Part shown: positions 35,210 to 43,725 of the stretch, piece by piece
Layout: each line of letters starts with the position of its first letter
Position numbering within the stretch: the stretch's first letter is position 1
DNA from: Dehalococcoidia bacterium
GTDB lineage: Bacteria > Chloroflexota > Dehalococcoidia > Lucifugimonadales > UBA3495
Assembly (NCBI GenBank): GCA_965203985.1
Contig: CBDBDS010000005.1
Location: 10,074 to 74,073, forward strand
DNA: 64,000 nucleotides
Direction of reading: 5' to 3'
The notes under the pieces: model-generated
What the model saw: only the letters and a program-made list of their open reading frames with translations
Databases searched by the model: none
What the model was told of the DNA's origin: nothing
Position numbers and translations under genes: made by a program

Positions 35210-36298
35210 ATGGTTGGTCTCGAATCCGCTACAGACTTGGAAAAATTCGGCCTGAACGTCGGCGCGCCGGCTGTCAAATCGGTGGGCCCGCTGGCCTTTG
35301 GACCGGAGGGACTCCTGTTCGTCGGCGACAACGTGGGCGCATCGATTTTCGCCATTGACGTCGGCGACACTGACAACGGGGAACCGCAGGACGTGAACCT
35401 CGACAACTTCGACGCATCCCTGGCGTCCTACCTGGGCTGTTCCAGGGAGGATGTGACTATACGGGACATCGTGGCGCATCCGACCTCGGGCAACGTGTAC
35501 TGTTCCGTCATGCGGGGCAGCGGCGACGACGCGGTTCCGGTGATCATCAGGGTGTCGGGCGACGGCTCCATCGGTGACGTATCGCTGGAAGACGTCGCCT
35601 TCTCCCAGTACGACATCACGGATGCCGCCGACGCGGACGACCCCCGCCTGGTCACTCGCATGCAGTTGCGCACGGTGACGGTGACGGACATGTCCTACGT
35701 TGACGGCCTGCTCATCGTGGCCGGCACCTCCAACGAGGAGTTCACCTCCACCCTGCGGCGGATCCCGTTCCCCTTCAACGGCGAGGCCAGGTCCAACTCG
35801 CTGGAGATATTCCACGTGTCCCACGGCGTGTACGAGACGGCCGCGCCCATCCGCGCCTTTGTGCCCTACCAGGGCAACACCAGCATCCTGGCCAGCTACA
35901 CCTGCACGCCGGTGGTGCAGTTCACCCTGGCCGATTTCGACACCGAAAAGCACGTCATGGGCAAGACCGTGGCCGAGCTGGGCTCCCACAACCATCCGAT
36001 TGACCTGATCTCCTACGAGCACGACGGCGGCGAGTACCTGCTGGTGTGCAACGACCGGCACCCGCTGTTCAAGATCGCGTGCAAGGACATCGACGGGCAG
36101 GGTCCGCTCACGGTGCCGGATGACTCGCTGGACGCCTCGCCGGCCGACCCGGTCACGCCGGGCGTGGGCGTGCCGCGCCAGTTGCTGCCCCATCCCGGCG
36201 TCAAGCGCATGGCGAACCTCAACGGCGACGCCGTGGTGATGCTCCAGCAGGACGATGACGGCAGCCACCTGCGCACCTACGCCACCGCGACGCTGTGA
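35210..36298 (+). CDS. conserved hypothetical protein (beta-rich, possible propeller)
   Basis: GGAGG RBS; strong coding bias; GPLAFGPEGLLFVGD, GVYETAAPIR motifs. Confidence 0.75.
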   Translation: MVGLESATDLEKFGLNVGAPAVKSVGPLAFGPEGLLFVGDNVGASIFAIDVGDTDNGEPQDVNLDNFDASLASYLGCSREDVTIRDIVAHPTSGNVYCSVMRGSGDDAVPVIIRVSGDGSIGDVSLEDVAFSQYDITDAADADDPRLVTRMQLRTVTVTDMSYVDGLLIVAGTSNEEFTSTLRRIPFPFNGEARSNSLEIFHVSHGVYETAAPIRAFVPYQGNTSILASYTCTPVVQFTLADFDTEKHVMGKTVAELGSHNHPIDLISYEHDGGEYLLVCNDRHPLFKIACKDIDGQGPLTVPDDSLDASPADPVTPGVGVPRQLLPHPGVKRMANLNGDAVVMLQQDDDGSHLRTYATATL

Positions 36299-37386
36299 CC
36301 CACGGCCGCGACCTGCAACTGGAGTGGGCGCAGCACGAGGGACGCGACTGCCTGAAGATCAGCGGCTGGACCGGGGCTGAGCTTCGCGAGTCCGGAGGGC
36401 CGGACGCCGGCGCATTGTCCCGGCGTCTGGCCGTATATCCCAGCGAGGCCCTGACTTCAGGGGGCGGTAAGCCGACCGTTCCGCCGGTGGCCGGCCGGTT
36501 CATGGCCGAAGGCGGGTCAGTATGCTTCGTGCCGCGCTTCCCTTTCGCCGGCGGGGTACGCTATTCCCTGCTGGTCAAGTCCGCCGGCGACACGGAACCC
36601 GCCGCGGTCCGGGAGATCGTGCGGCCATTGCCGGACGTCGATTCCACCACGGAGGTCGTGGCGATATACCCCACCGCCGCCGAGTTGCCGGTCAACCTGC
36701 TGCGGGTGTACGTGCACTTCTCCGCCCCGATGAGCGAGGGCTGGGCGGCGCGCGCGATAACGGTCCGTCTCGCCGACACCGGCGAAACCCTGGACGACGT
36801 CATCCTGCCGCCCGAGCCGGAGTTATGGGATGCCCGGCGCAAACGCCTGACCATGCTGCTGGATCCCGGTCGCATCAAGCGCGGCCTGGTGCCCAACCTG
36901 GAGTTCGGTTACCCGCTGGTGGAGAGCACGACGGTCCGCATCTCCGTCGACCCGGCCTTTCGCGACGCCACGGGTAAACCGCTCAAGGCCGGTGCAGAAC
37001 GCAGCTACAGCATCGGGCCGGCTCTGCGCTCGCGCATTGACCCTACCGCCTGGCGGTTGACCGCTCCGGCTGCGGGGTCGCACGACCCGCTCCGGGTTGA
37101 GTTCGGCCGGCCGCTGGACCACGGCCTTTTGCAGCACTGCCTGTCCGTTCAGGACGCCGGGGGCCAGGCCGTTGTAGGCAAGGTAGAGATTGGTGAGGGT
37201 GAGTGCGGCTGGAGCTTCACGCCGGACATCCCGTGGGATGCCGGCGAGTACAAGCTAGTCGTTGAACCGCGCCTGGAGGACGTGGCCGGAAATACGCCGG
37301 TGCGGGTGTTTGATCGGGATATTACGAAGGAGGAGGATGCGCCAGGGGAGCCAGGGGCGGTTGTAGTCAGTTTCGCGTGCTTCTAA
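36295..37386 (+). CDS. conserved hypothetical protein with Ig-like domains
   Basis: GTGA overlap with upstream gene; NLLR.YVHFSAPM, ELWD...LTMLLDPGRIKRG, LEDVAGN. Confidence 0.7.
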   Translation: MTHGRDLQLEWAQHEGRDCLKISGWTGAELRESGGPDAGALSRRLAVYPSEALTSGGGKPTVPPVAGRFMAEGGSVCFVPRFPFAGGVRYSLLVKSAGDTEPAAVREIVRPLPDVDSTTEVVAIYPTAAELPVNLLRVYVHFSAPMSEGWAARAITVRLADTGETLDDVILPPEPELWDARRKRLTMLLDPGRIKRGLVPNLEFGYPLVESTTVRISVDPAFRDATGKPLKAGAERSYSIGPALRSRIDPTAWRLTAPAAGSHDPLRVEFGRPLDHGLLQHCLSVQDAGGQAVVGKVEIGEGECGWSFTPDIPWDAGEYKLVVEPRLEDVAGNTPVRVFDRDITKEEDAPGEPGAVVVSFACF

Positions 37387-37504
37387 ACGCGTCTGGATTT
37401 GGCTGAGGCACAGGGGTCTACTATTGTCGGGTTACAGCTCACTATGTGGACCACGATGGCGTAGGCGATGAGGCCCGGCGTCGCAGCGGCTAACTCCACC
37501 ACGT

Positions 37505-37993
37505 TTGTCCCGCGAGCAGGAGCAAATTATGGGTGTTTCCACTGTGCTGCCGATAGTGATATCCGTCGTATCTGCGGCGATCGCGATCATCGCGGTTTGG
37601 CAGAGTTGGAGACTGCAGAATCGGCAGTGGAGGAGGGACGAAATAGAGACTCGACGGGACGTGCTGCGACGCTTCTTTGCTTATCGCTACCGTTTGACCG
37701 ATTCTTTGCGTGGTACCGATGCAGAGCCGTTCATAGCGTTGCATGAAGCGTGGATTGTATTCGCCGGTTTTCCCGAGGTGACGGCTGCGTTAGCCAAATT
37801 GCACAATGATCTGGGCAAGAGTGGCATGTTGGCTCGTAACGTCACCGCATTGATTAGGGCAATGGCAACTGCTGCGAATATCTCGACTCAGCAAACGGTA
37901 TCCCAGCGTCAACACGTTCTAAACCTGGTCACCCACTCGTGGGTGCGCCCACGCTTCTCACCCGGCCCACCAGCCAGACCAGCGTTGCGCTGA
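37505..37993 (+). CDS. N-terminally anchored membrane protein (DUF6680-like, tentative)
   Basis: N-terminal TM helix then helical soluble domain; lower GC. Confidence 0.5.
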   Translation: MSREQEQIMGVSTVLPIVISVVSAAIAIIAVWQSWRLQNRQWRRDEIETRRDVLRRFFAYRYRLTDSLRGTDAEPFIALHEAWIVFAGFPEVTAALAKLHNDLGKSGMLARNVTALIRAMATAANISTQQTVSQRQHVLNLVTHSWVRPRFSPGPPARPALR

Positions 37994-38176
37994 GTACAAA
38001 ATTGCCTGCGAACACGTGGACGGCCGCGTCCAAGCTCCCGAACTGGTCGTCGGCGGAGGCTGCCAAGGGTAGGCCGCCGATTCTGTCGCTTCGGTTCTAA
38101 CAGCGGGGCGATGTCGGCTGTTAAGCACACAGGGTGAGCGCTCATGCCTACCGGCTTGCGGGATTGCCGGGGGTAC

Positions 38177-38207
38177 ATTTGCATGGATGCACAGGATGGG
38201 GAGGATG
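38177..38207 (+). repeat. solo end resembling the GxxExxY left inverted repeat
   Basis: atttgcatggatgcacaggatggggaggatg versus ttttacatggatagacaggataaacaggatg at 48131. Confidence 0.55.
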
Positions 38208-38278
38208 TTGACAATGCTGGACAGGTGCGATTTCGCCATCGGTGCAGCTTTCGTAACGGAAGGCTGCCGGCTGCCCCC

Positions 38279-38316
38279 GAAACAACTTTGTAACATTTAC
38301 GTCATTCGTCCGTAAC
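38279..38316 (+). promoter_or_regulatory. GlnR-like box array upstream of amtB2
   Basis: GAAAC-n6-GTAAC-n6-GTCAT-n6-GTAAC. Confidence 0.6.
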
Positions 38317-38466
38317 ACCGGATACCTAAATTTATGCGGTAAATACTTGGCCGATCCACGCATCGCGGTGCCACCGTTCCCGGCATGGTCATCCGCTCCC
38401 GAGCGGGCCGCGACGGCGATGCGACTAACCACGATTAGCGGTCAACGTCAGTGGGGAGATAGAGAT

Positions 38467-39687
38467 ATGGAGTTCAGCGAATTTGAAGTGCTGTCGTTTC
38501 TGATTTCGGCGGCCCTGGTGTTCCTGATGGTGCCCGGCCTGGCGCTGTTCTACGGCGGGCTGGTGCGCCACAAGAACGTAATCGGCACGATGATGCACTC
38601 CATCACCGCCATCGGTGTGGTCAGCGTGCTGTGGGTGCTCTGGGGCTACAGCCTCGCCTTCAGCACCAGCGTCGGCGGCCTGGGCTTCGTGGGCGACCTG
38701 GGCAAGTTCGGCATGGTCGGCGTCGGACTGGACGAACAGGCCTTCATGATCTTCCAGGGCATGTTCGCCATCATCACCGTGGCGCTGATCGCCGGCGGGT
38801 TCGCCGAGCGGTTCAAGTTTCAGTCCTACATCATCTTCGCCGCCCTGTGGGTGACCATTGTGTACGCCCCGCTGTGCCACTGGGTTTGGGGCGGCGGATG
38901 GCTCGGCAAACTGGGCCCACTGCTGGGGATGAGCGAAGCCGGATTTGCCCTGGACTTTGCCGGCGGCACCGTGGTCCACATCGCATCGGGCACGGCCGCC
39001 CTGGCCGCCGCTCTGATCGTGGGGCGTCGCAGCGGCTTCGGCACGGCGACCCTGGCTCCCGACAACGTTCCGCTGGTGCTGCTGGGCGCCGGCCTGCTGT
39101 GGTTCGGCTGGTTCGGCTTCAACGCCGGCAGCAGCTTCGATCTGACCACCGAGAGCGCGGCCAACGCCTTCGTGGTTACCAACGTGGCGGCAGCCACCGC
39201 CATGTCCTCCTGGTCCATCATCTCCTGGTTCATCACCAAGCGCCCGTCGGCCAGCGGTGCCGCCGCGGGCGCAGTTGCCGGCCTGGTGGCGATCACTCCC
39301 GCCGCGGGCTTTGTGGGCGTCATGCCCGCCATCATTATCGGCGCCGGGGCCGGCGGAGCCTGCTTCATCGCCGTCGAGCTGATGCACAAGTTCCGCATCG
39401 ACGACTCCCTCGACGTGTTTGGCATCCACGGCATCGGCGGCATGTGGGGCGCGCTGGCGACGGGAATTTTCGTCGGCATCGGCTTCGGCGCGCTGGACGC
39501 CGACGTCACGCGCATCGAGCAAATCCTGTACCAGATTATCGGCATCGCCGCCGCCTTCGCCTGGTCATTCGTGATTTCCGCCATCATCCTGCTGGCATTG
39601 AAGTACACCATCGGCCTCCGCGTTTCCGACCAGGAAGAGGAGATCGGCGTGGACCTGACGCAGCATGGCGAGAGGATGAACATCTAG
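38467..39687 (+). CDS. amtB: ammonium transporter (second paralog)
   Basis: LMVPGLALFYGGLV, FQGMFAIIT.ALI.G..AER, DFAGGTVVH, DDSLDVFGIHG. Confidence 0.95.
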   Translation: MEFSEFEVLSFLISAALVFLMVPGLALFYGGLVRHKNVIGTMMHSITAIGVVSVLWVLWGYSLAFSTSVGGLGFVGDLGKFGMVGVGLDEQAFMIFQGMFAIITVALIAGGFAERFKFQSYIIFAALWVTIVYAPLCHWVWGGGWLGKLGPLLGMSEAGFALDFAGGTVVHIASGTAALAAALIVGRRSGFGTATLAPDNVPLVLLGAGLLWFGWFGFNAGSSFDLTTESAANAFVVTNVAAATAMSSWSIISWFITKRPSASGAAAGAVAGLVAITPAAGFVGVMPAIIIGAGAGGACFIAVELMHKFRIDDSLDVFGIHGIGGMWGALATGIFVGIGFGALDADVTRIEQILYQIIGIAAAFAWSFVISAIILLALKYTIGLRVSDQEEEIGVDLTQHGERMNI

Positions 39688-39828
39688 GTTGATTTGTCGG
39701 CTGGGTGGACTACAAGCAGAACGCCGCGGACGACCTGCACATGTGGCGCTTCCCATCAAATTCTTCAAGCGCTTCGACGCCTGACGCCCGGTGATACAAT
39801 TGCCACATGCTGCGGCGAGAGCAGTGCA

Positions 39829-39856
39829 GTAGGGGCGAATGATCATTCGCCCCTAC
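39829..39856. repeat. GTAG-type REP palindrome
   Basis: gtaggggcgaatgatcattcgcccctac. Confidence 0.85.
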
Positions 39857-39884
39857 TGCACTTGCAACACGCGGGGAAGATGAT

Positions 39885-40418
39885 ATGGCTGCCGACAATC
39901 TGAAGAGCCTGCGGGAAAGAGCTTGGGCCATCTACAACGCCGATATCAAGCATCTGGTGGAACCGGAGCACAAGAACAAGTACCTGGTGTTGAACGTGGA
40001 CACCGGGGATTATGAAATCGACGCCCGCCTGGGGCAGGCCAGCGCTCGAATGCTGGAGCGGTTTCAGATACCTAGGGACGAAAAACCGCCCTTCTTTGCC
40101 TTCCGCATCGGACACCCGACGACTTTCGACAAGCGCCCCCGGATCAAAGGGACGCCGATCACGCCCGAAGAGTGGCCAAACAGCTTGCCCGGACGTGCCC
40201 ATGCTATTTACGACGCCAAAATCAAGCATCTGGTGGAGCCGGAGCACCATGGCAAGTACCTAGTGATGCACATGGAAACCCACGAGTACGAGATTGACAA
40301 CAGCCTGGCCCAGGCCATCCTGCGGATGCTGGAACGGTTCCAGATACCGAAAGGCGAAAAGCCGCCCTTCTTTGGATTCCGTGTCGGCTACCCAACCGCA
40401 CACGACGGACGGGCATAG
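39885..40418 (+). CDS. tandem double DUF5678-like protein
   Basis: Two ~80-aa units: RA.AIY.A.IKHLVEPEH..KYLV....T..YEID...A..RMLERFQIP..EKPPFF.FR.G.PT. Confidence 0.75.
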   Translation: MAADNLKSLRERAWAIYNADIKHLVEPEHKNKYLVLNVDTGDYEIDARLGQASARMLERFQIPRDEKPPFFAFRIGHPTTFDKRPRIKGTPITPEEWPNSLPGRAHAIYDAKIKHLVEPEHHGKYLVMHMETHEYEIDNSLAQAILRMLERFQIPKGEKPPFFGFRVGYPTAHDGRA

Positions 40419-40429
40419 GAGAAGCGGCG

Positions 40430-40840
40430 ATGCCGGTTCACGGTCGGGTCAACGGCGATGCCCAGCGCATTACCATACGAGTCAGCGTCTCCAACGGCGA
40501 GCAACCGTATCGCGAGATTGAGTTTGAGGTTGATACCGCCAGCGACGAAGGGCTGGCTATGCCACCGCCGGACATCGCGGAGCTCGGCCTCGCGCGGTCG
40601 GTTGATATGGACTACAGGTACAATGGCGCGTCCGGTGGCACGCCAACCTATGTTGCTCAAGTGGAATGGCACGACGGCCCGATACCCGTGACCGTCGTGG
40701 AGACGGAGCGTCCGGCCTATGTGGGCATGGGCCTGCTGTGGGACAGTTATCTTTCGGCGTACCTCTTCCCCAACGGCGCCGTTACCGTCAGCCGCATGGT
40801 GCATTGGGACGACATCAAGCGCGAGGCGGAAGAGGAGTGA
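40430..40840 (+). CDS. clan AA aspartic protease-like protein (DTA variant)
   Basis: EFEVDTASDEGL.MP, YVGMGLL; follows the DUF5678-like gene. Confidence 0.75.
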   Translation: MPVHGRVNGDAQRITIRVSVSNGEQPYREIEFEVDTASDEGLAMPPPDIAELGLARSVDMDYRYNGASGGTPTYVAQVEWHDGPIPVTVVETERPAYVGMGLLWDSYLSAYLFPNGAVTVSRMVHWDDIKREAEEE

Positions 40841-40845
40841 GTGCA

Positions 40846-41202
40846 ATGGCAAAGTACGAAGTGGTGCTGGTCAAATACCCAAACCTTGACTACCCGGATA
40901 ATCTTTGGTGGACGGCCATCTGTCCCGCCATGCGTGGCTGCGTCTCCGACGGCCAGACGCGTGAGGAAGCGTTGCTGATGATTGCCGACGCCATGGCGCT
41001 GTACCTGGAGCCGGGAACGAGCTGGGAAGTTGTGGTTTTAGAAGGTGCGCAGGCGCAGGCGGAGAAGGAGACTGTGCTGGCCGAATGCCATGAAGAAGGG
41101 GGAGTTACCGAAGTGCATCGGGTCGAACCGCGGTTTATGACTGAAGAAGAAATTCGCAGATACGATCGGCATCTTGATCCTGTTGAGTCTCCGATTGTTT
41201 GA
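40846..41202 (+). CDS. HicB-like antitoxin (orphan)
   Basis: W.A.CPAMRGCVSDGQTREEAL.MIADA..LYL. Confidence 0.8.
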   Translation: MAKYEVVLVKYPNLDYPDNLWWTAICPAMRGCVSDGQTREEALLMIADAMALYLEPGTSWEVVVLEGAQAQAEKETVLAECHEEGGVTEVHRVEPRFMTEEEIRRYDRHLDPVESPIV

Positions 41203-41274
41203 TGCCCCCGTATTTCCGCCCTGGACGGCAACATTCCGCCCCGTTTCAGAAACTAAAGCATCAGGAGATGTCCC

Positions 41275-42615
41275 GTGCTGACTGACCACCATGCCGCCGA
41301 GCGCGAATACGTGCTCCGCAGCGCCCGCGACTTCGACGTCAAGTTCATCCGCCTGTGGTTCACCGACATCTTGGGCAACCTCAAGGGATTCGCCATCACC
41401 GTGGACGACCTGGAGGATGCCCTGGAGCTGGGCGTCGGATTCGACGGCGCAGCCATCGAGGGCTACAGCACCGACACGGAAAGCGACATGCGGGCTTTCC
41501 CGGACCCGACCACCTTCACGCTCCTGCCCTGGCGTCCCCGGCGCAACGCTGTGGCCCGCATCTTCTGCGACGTCCGCACCCCACGGGGCGAGCCGTTCAT
41601 CGGAGATCCGCGCCACGTCCTGAAGCGTAACCTGGAGCGCCTGGCCAGCTTGGGGTACATCTACTACGTGGGGCCCGAGCTGGAATATTTCTACCTGCGG
41701 GACGCCGAAACGCCGGAACCCCTGGACACCTACGGGTATTACGACCAGCTCTCCAGCAACCCCGCTTCCGACCTGCGCCGGGACACCGTACTCAACCTGG
41801 CGGAAATGGGCATCCCCGTAAAATATTCCCACCACGAGGGCGCGCCCAGCCAGCACGAAATCGACCTCCAGTACACCGATGCTCTGACCATGGCTGACAA
41901 CGTCATGACCGCGCGCATGGTCATCAAGGAACTGGCCCAGCAGCAGGGGGTGTACGCCTCGTTCATGCCCAAGCCGTTTTCCACGGCCAACGGCAGCGGG
42001 ATGCATACGCACCAGTCGCTGTTCCGCGGCAACAACAACGCCTTCTACGACCCGGACGACGACCTGCACCTGTCCGTCATCGGCAAACGGTTCATCGCCG
42101 GCCTCCTGCGCCATGCGCCGGAGATCACCCTGGTGACGAACCAGTGGGTGAACTCCTACAAGCGCCTGGTGCCCGGATATGAGGCTCCGGTGCATGTGTC
42201 CTGGACCATGTCCAACCGCCTGGACCTCATACGGGTGCCCTCGTACAAGGCCGGCTACGAGACCTCCCTGCGTGTGGAGTACCGCGCGCCTGACCCGGCC
42301 TGCAACCCGTACCTGGCGTTCAGCGCGCTGCTGGCCGCCGGCATGAAGGGTATCGAGGAAGAATACCCGCTGCCGTCTCCCATCACCGGCAACGTGGCTT
42401 CCATGTCCACCGAGGAGCGCACCGCCCGCGGCATCGTGCGGCTGCCTACCAGCATGGGCGAGGCCATTGCGTTGGCGGAAGACAGCGAACTCCTGCGCAA
42501 GACACTGGGTGATTTCGTCTTCGAAGCCCTGATACGCAACAAGAAACAGGAGTGGGAACAATACCGCTCTACCGTCACCGATTACGAGATCTCACGCTAC
42601 CTGCCATTGCTATAG
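41275..42615 (+). CDS. glnA: glutamine synthetase type I
   Basis: FDG..IEG, GPELEYF, HHE..PSQHEI, FMPKP...NGSGMH.HQSL, NSYKRLVPGYEAP, EYR.PDP.CNPYL. Confidence 0.96.
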   Translation: MLTDHHAAEREYVLRSARDFDVKFIRLWFTDILGNLKGFAITVDDLEDALELGVGFDGAAIEGYSTDTESDMRAFPDPTTFTLLPWRPRRNAVARIFCDVRTPRGEPFIGDPRHVLKRNLERLASLGYIYYVGPELEYFYLRDAETPEPLDTYGYYDQLSSNPASDLRRDTVLNLAEMGIPVKYSHHEGAPSQHEIDLQYTDALTMADNVMTARMVIKELAQQQGVYASFMPKPFSTANGSGMHTHQSLFRGNNNAFYDPDDDLHLSVIGKRFIAGLLRHAPEITLVTNQWVNSYKRLVPGYEAPVHVSWTMSNRLDLIRVPSYKAGYETSLRVEYRAPDPACNPYLAFSALLAAGMKGIEEEYPLPSPITGNVASMSTEERTARGIVRLPTSMGEAIALAEDSELLRKTLGDFVFEALIRNKKQEWEQYRSTVTDYEISRYLPLL

Positions 42616-42643
42616 CACGGTTGCACTGTCAAAGAGGCCGCCC

Positions 42644-43462
42644 ATGCAATTCTCCGGGAAACTGGTTATCATCGCCGCGATAGCGGTGACGGTGCTGTTG
42701 GTCAGCAACATCATCGCCACGAAGCCGGTGTCGCTGTTCACCCTGCCCTTCGACTTCATTGGCAGCAACCTGTTTGTGGTATCCGCTGCCATAGTCTGTT
42801 TCCCCATCGGGTACATCATCAGCGACATCCTCACCGAGGTGTACGGGTTCCGTGTCGCGCGCGGCGTGATCTGGCTGGGGTTCGTATGCAACCTGCTGAT
42901 GGTGCTCCTGTTCTGGGTCGGGGATATGATCCCGGGCGCCGTGTTCTGGTCTATAGATCCGGTGATAATCACCGACGACGCCGGAAACGTCGTGGCCAAC
43001 CTGCCCAGCGAACACGCTTATGAAGCGATCCTGGGGGCCACCGGTTGGATCCTCCTCGGCTCCTTTGTCGCCTATATCGTCGGCGAGTTTTCCAACGCCG
43101 CGGTCATGGTCCTGCTCAAGAACCGCACCCAGGGGCGCTTCCTGTGGCTGCGCACCATATCCTCCACCGTGGTGGGGCAGGGTATCGACTCCATCCTGTT
43201 TTTCACCATCGCCTTTGGCGTTTCGGGCCTATGGGTCGGCCCGGACGGCTCATGGCTGCCGGTGTTCAACGCCGCCGTATGCGCCTGGATCGCCAAGTCG
43301 GTGTACGAGATCATCGCTACGCCGTTGACTTACATCGTGGTGGGTTGGCTGAAGCGGACCGAGCGGATGGACGTCTACGACGCGCCGCGGTCGCTGAACC
43401 CCTTCGGCGTGTTCGGCAGCGGGGACACCAACGCTGCCAACGCCGCCGCTGCCCGGTCCTGA
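42644..43462 (+). CDS. yhhQ: queuosine precursor transporter (VUT/YhhQ family)
   Basis: SNIIATK, FPIGYIISDILTEVYG, WLRTISST.VGQ.IDS. Confidence 0.9.
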   Translation: MQFSGKLVIIAAIAVTVLLVSNIIATKPVSLFTLPFDFIGSNLFVVSAAIVCFPIGYIISDILTEVYGFRVARGVIWLGFVCNLLMVLLFWVGDMIPGAVFWSIDPVIITDDAGNVVANLPSEHAYEAILGATGWILLGSFVAYIVGEFSNAAVMVLLKNRTQGRFLWLRTISSTVVGQGIDSILFFTIAFGVSGLWVGPDGSWLPVFNAAVCAWIAKSVYEIIATPLTYIVVGWLKRTERMDVYDAPRSLNPFGVFGSGDTNAANAAAARS

Positions 43463-43481
43463 CCTCGCAATGGTGTCCAAT

Positions 43482-43682
43482 ATGTCAGAACCTGAGCCGG
43501 GCCATCAGCATCCGCACCGTCACGGCCCCAACAGGCCGGAGAGCCTCGGCGCGGCCATTGCCAACTTGCGCGGCACCGGCCTGCCCTGGCGCCAGGTGCT
43601 GGCGCTGGTGGCCGCCAACATGCGACGGAAGGTAGTCTCCCGTAGCGCTTGCTGCGGCAATCACGGCCAACCCGGCTGTTGA
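43482..43682 (+). CDS. small hypothetical protein with C-terminal CCGNHGQPGC motif
   Basis: Short ORF filling the gap downstream of yhhQ. Confidence 0.5.
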   Translation: MSEPEPGHQHPHRHGPNRPESLGAAIANLRGTGLPWRQVLALVAANMRRKVVSRSACCGNHGQPGC

Positions 43683-43725
43683 CGGCGCTAGCGCTGTGCC
43701 GGCGTGCCCGGCTTCGGTGGAGAGC

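Noticed and set aside
38094-38127. TTCTAAC...GTTAAGC hairpin resembling an integron attC
   Set aside because: Far shorter than attC sites, imperfect core boxes, and no integron integrase or cassette array.
41228-41253. GCAAC...GAAAC upstream of glnA as a GlnR box
   Set aside because: The period is 21 rather than 22 bp with no intermediate pentamer; too weak to call.
42615-42644. preQ1 riboswitch before the queuosine precursor transporter
   Set aside because: The gap is only 28 bp, with no AGAGG...AAAAAAC-like signature.
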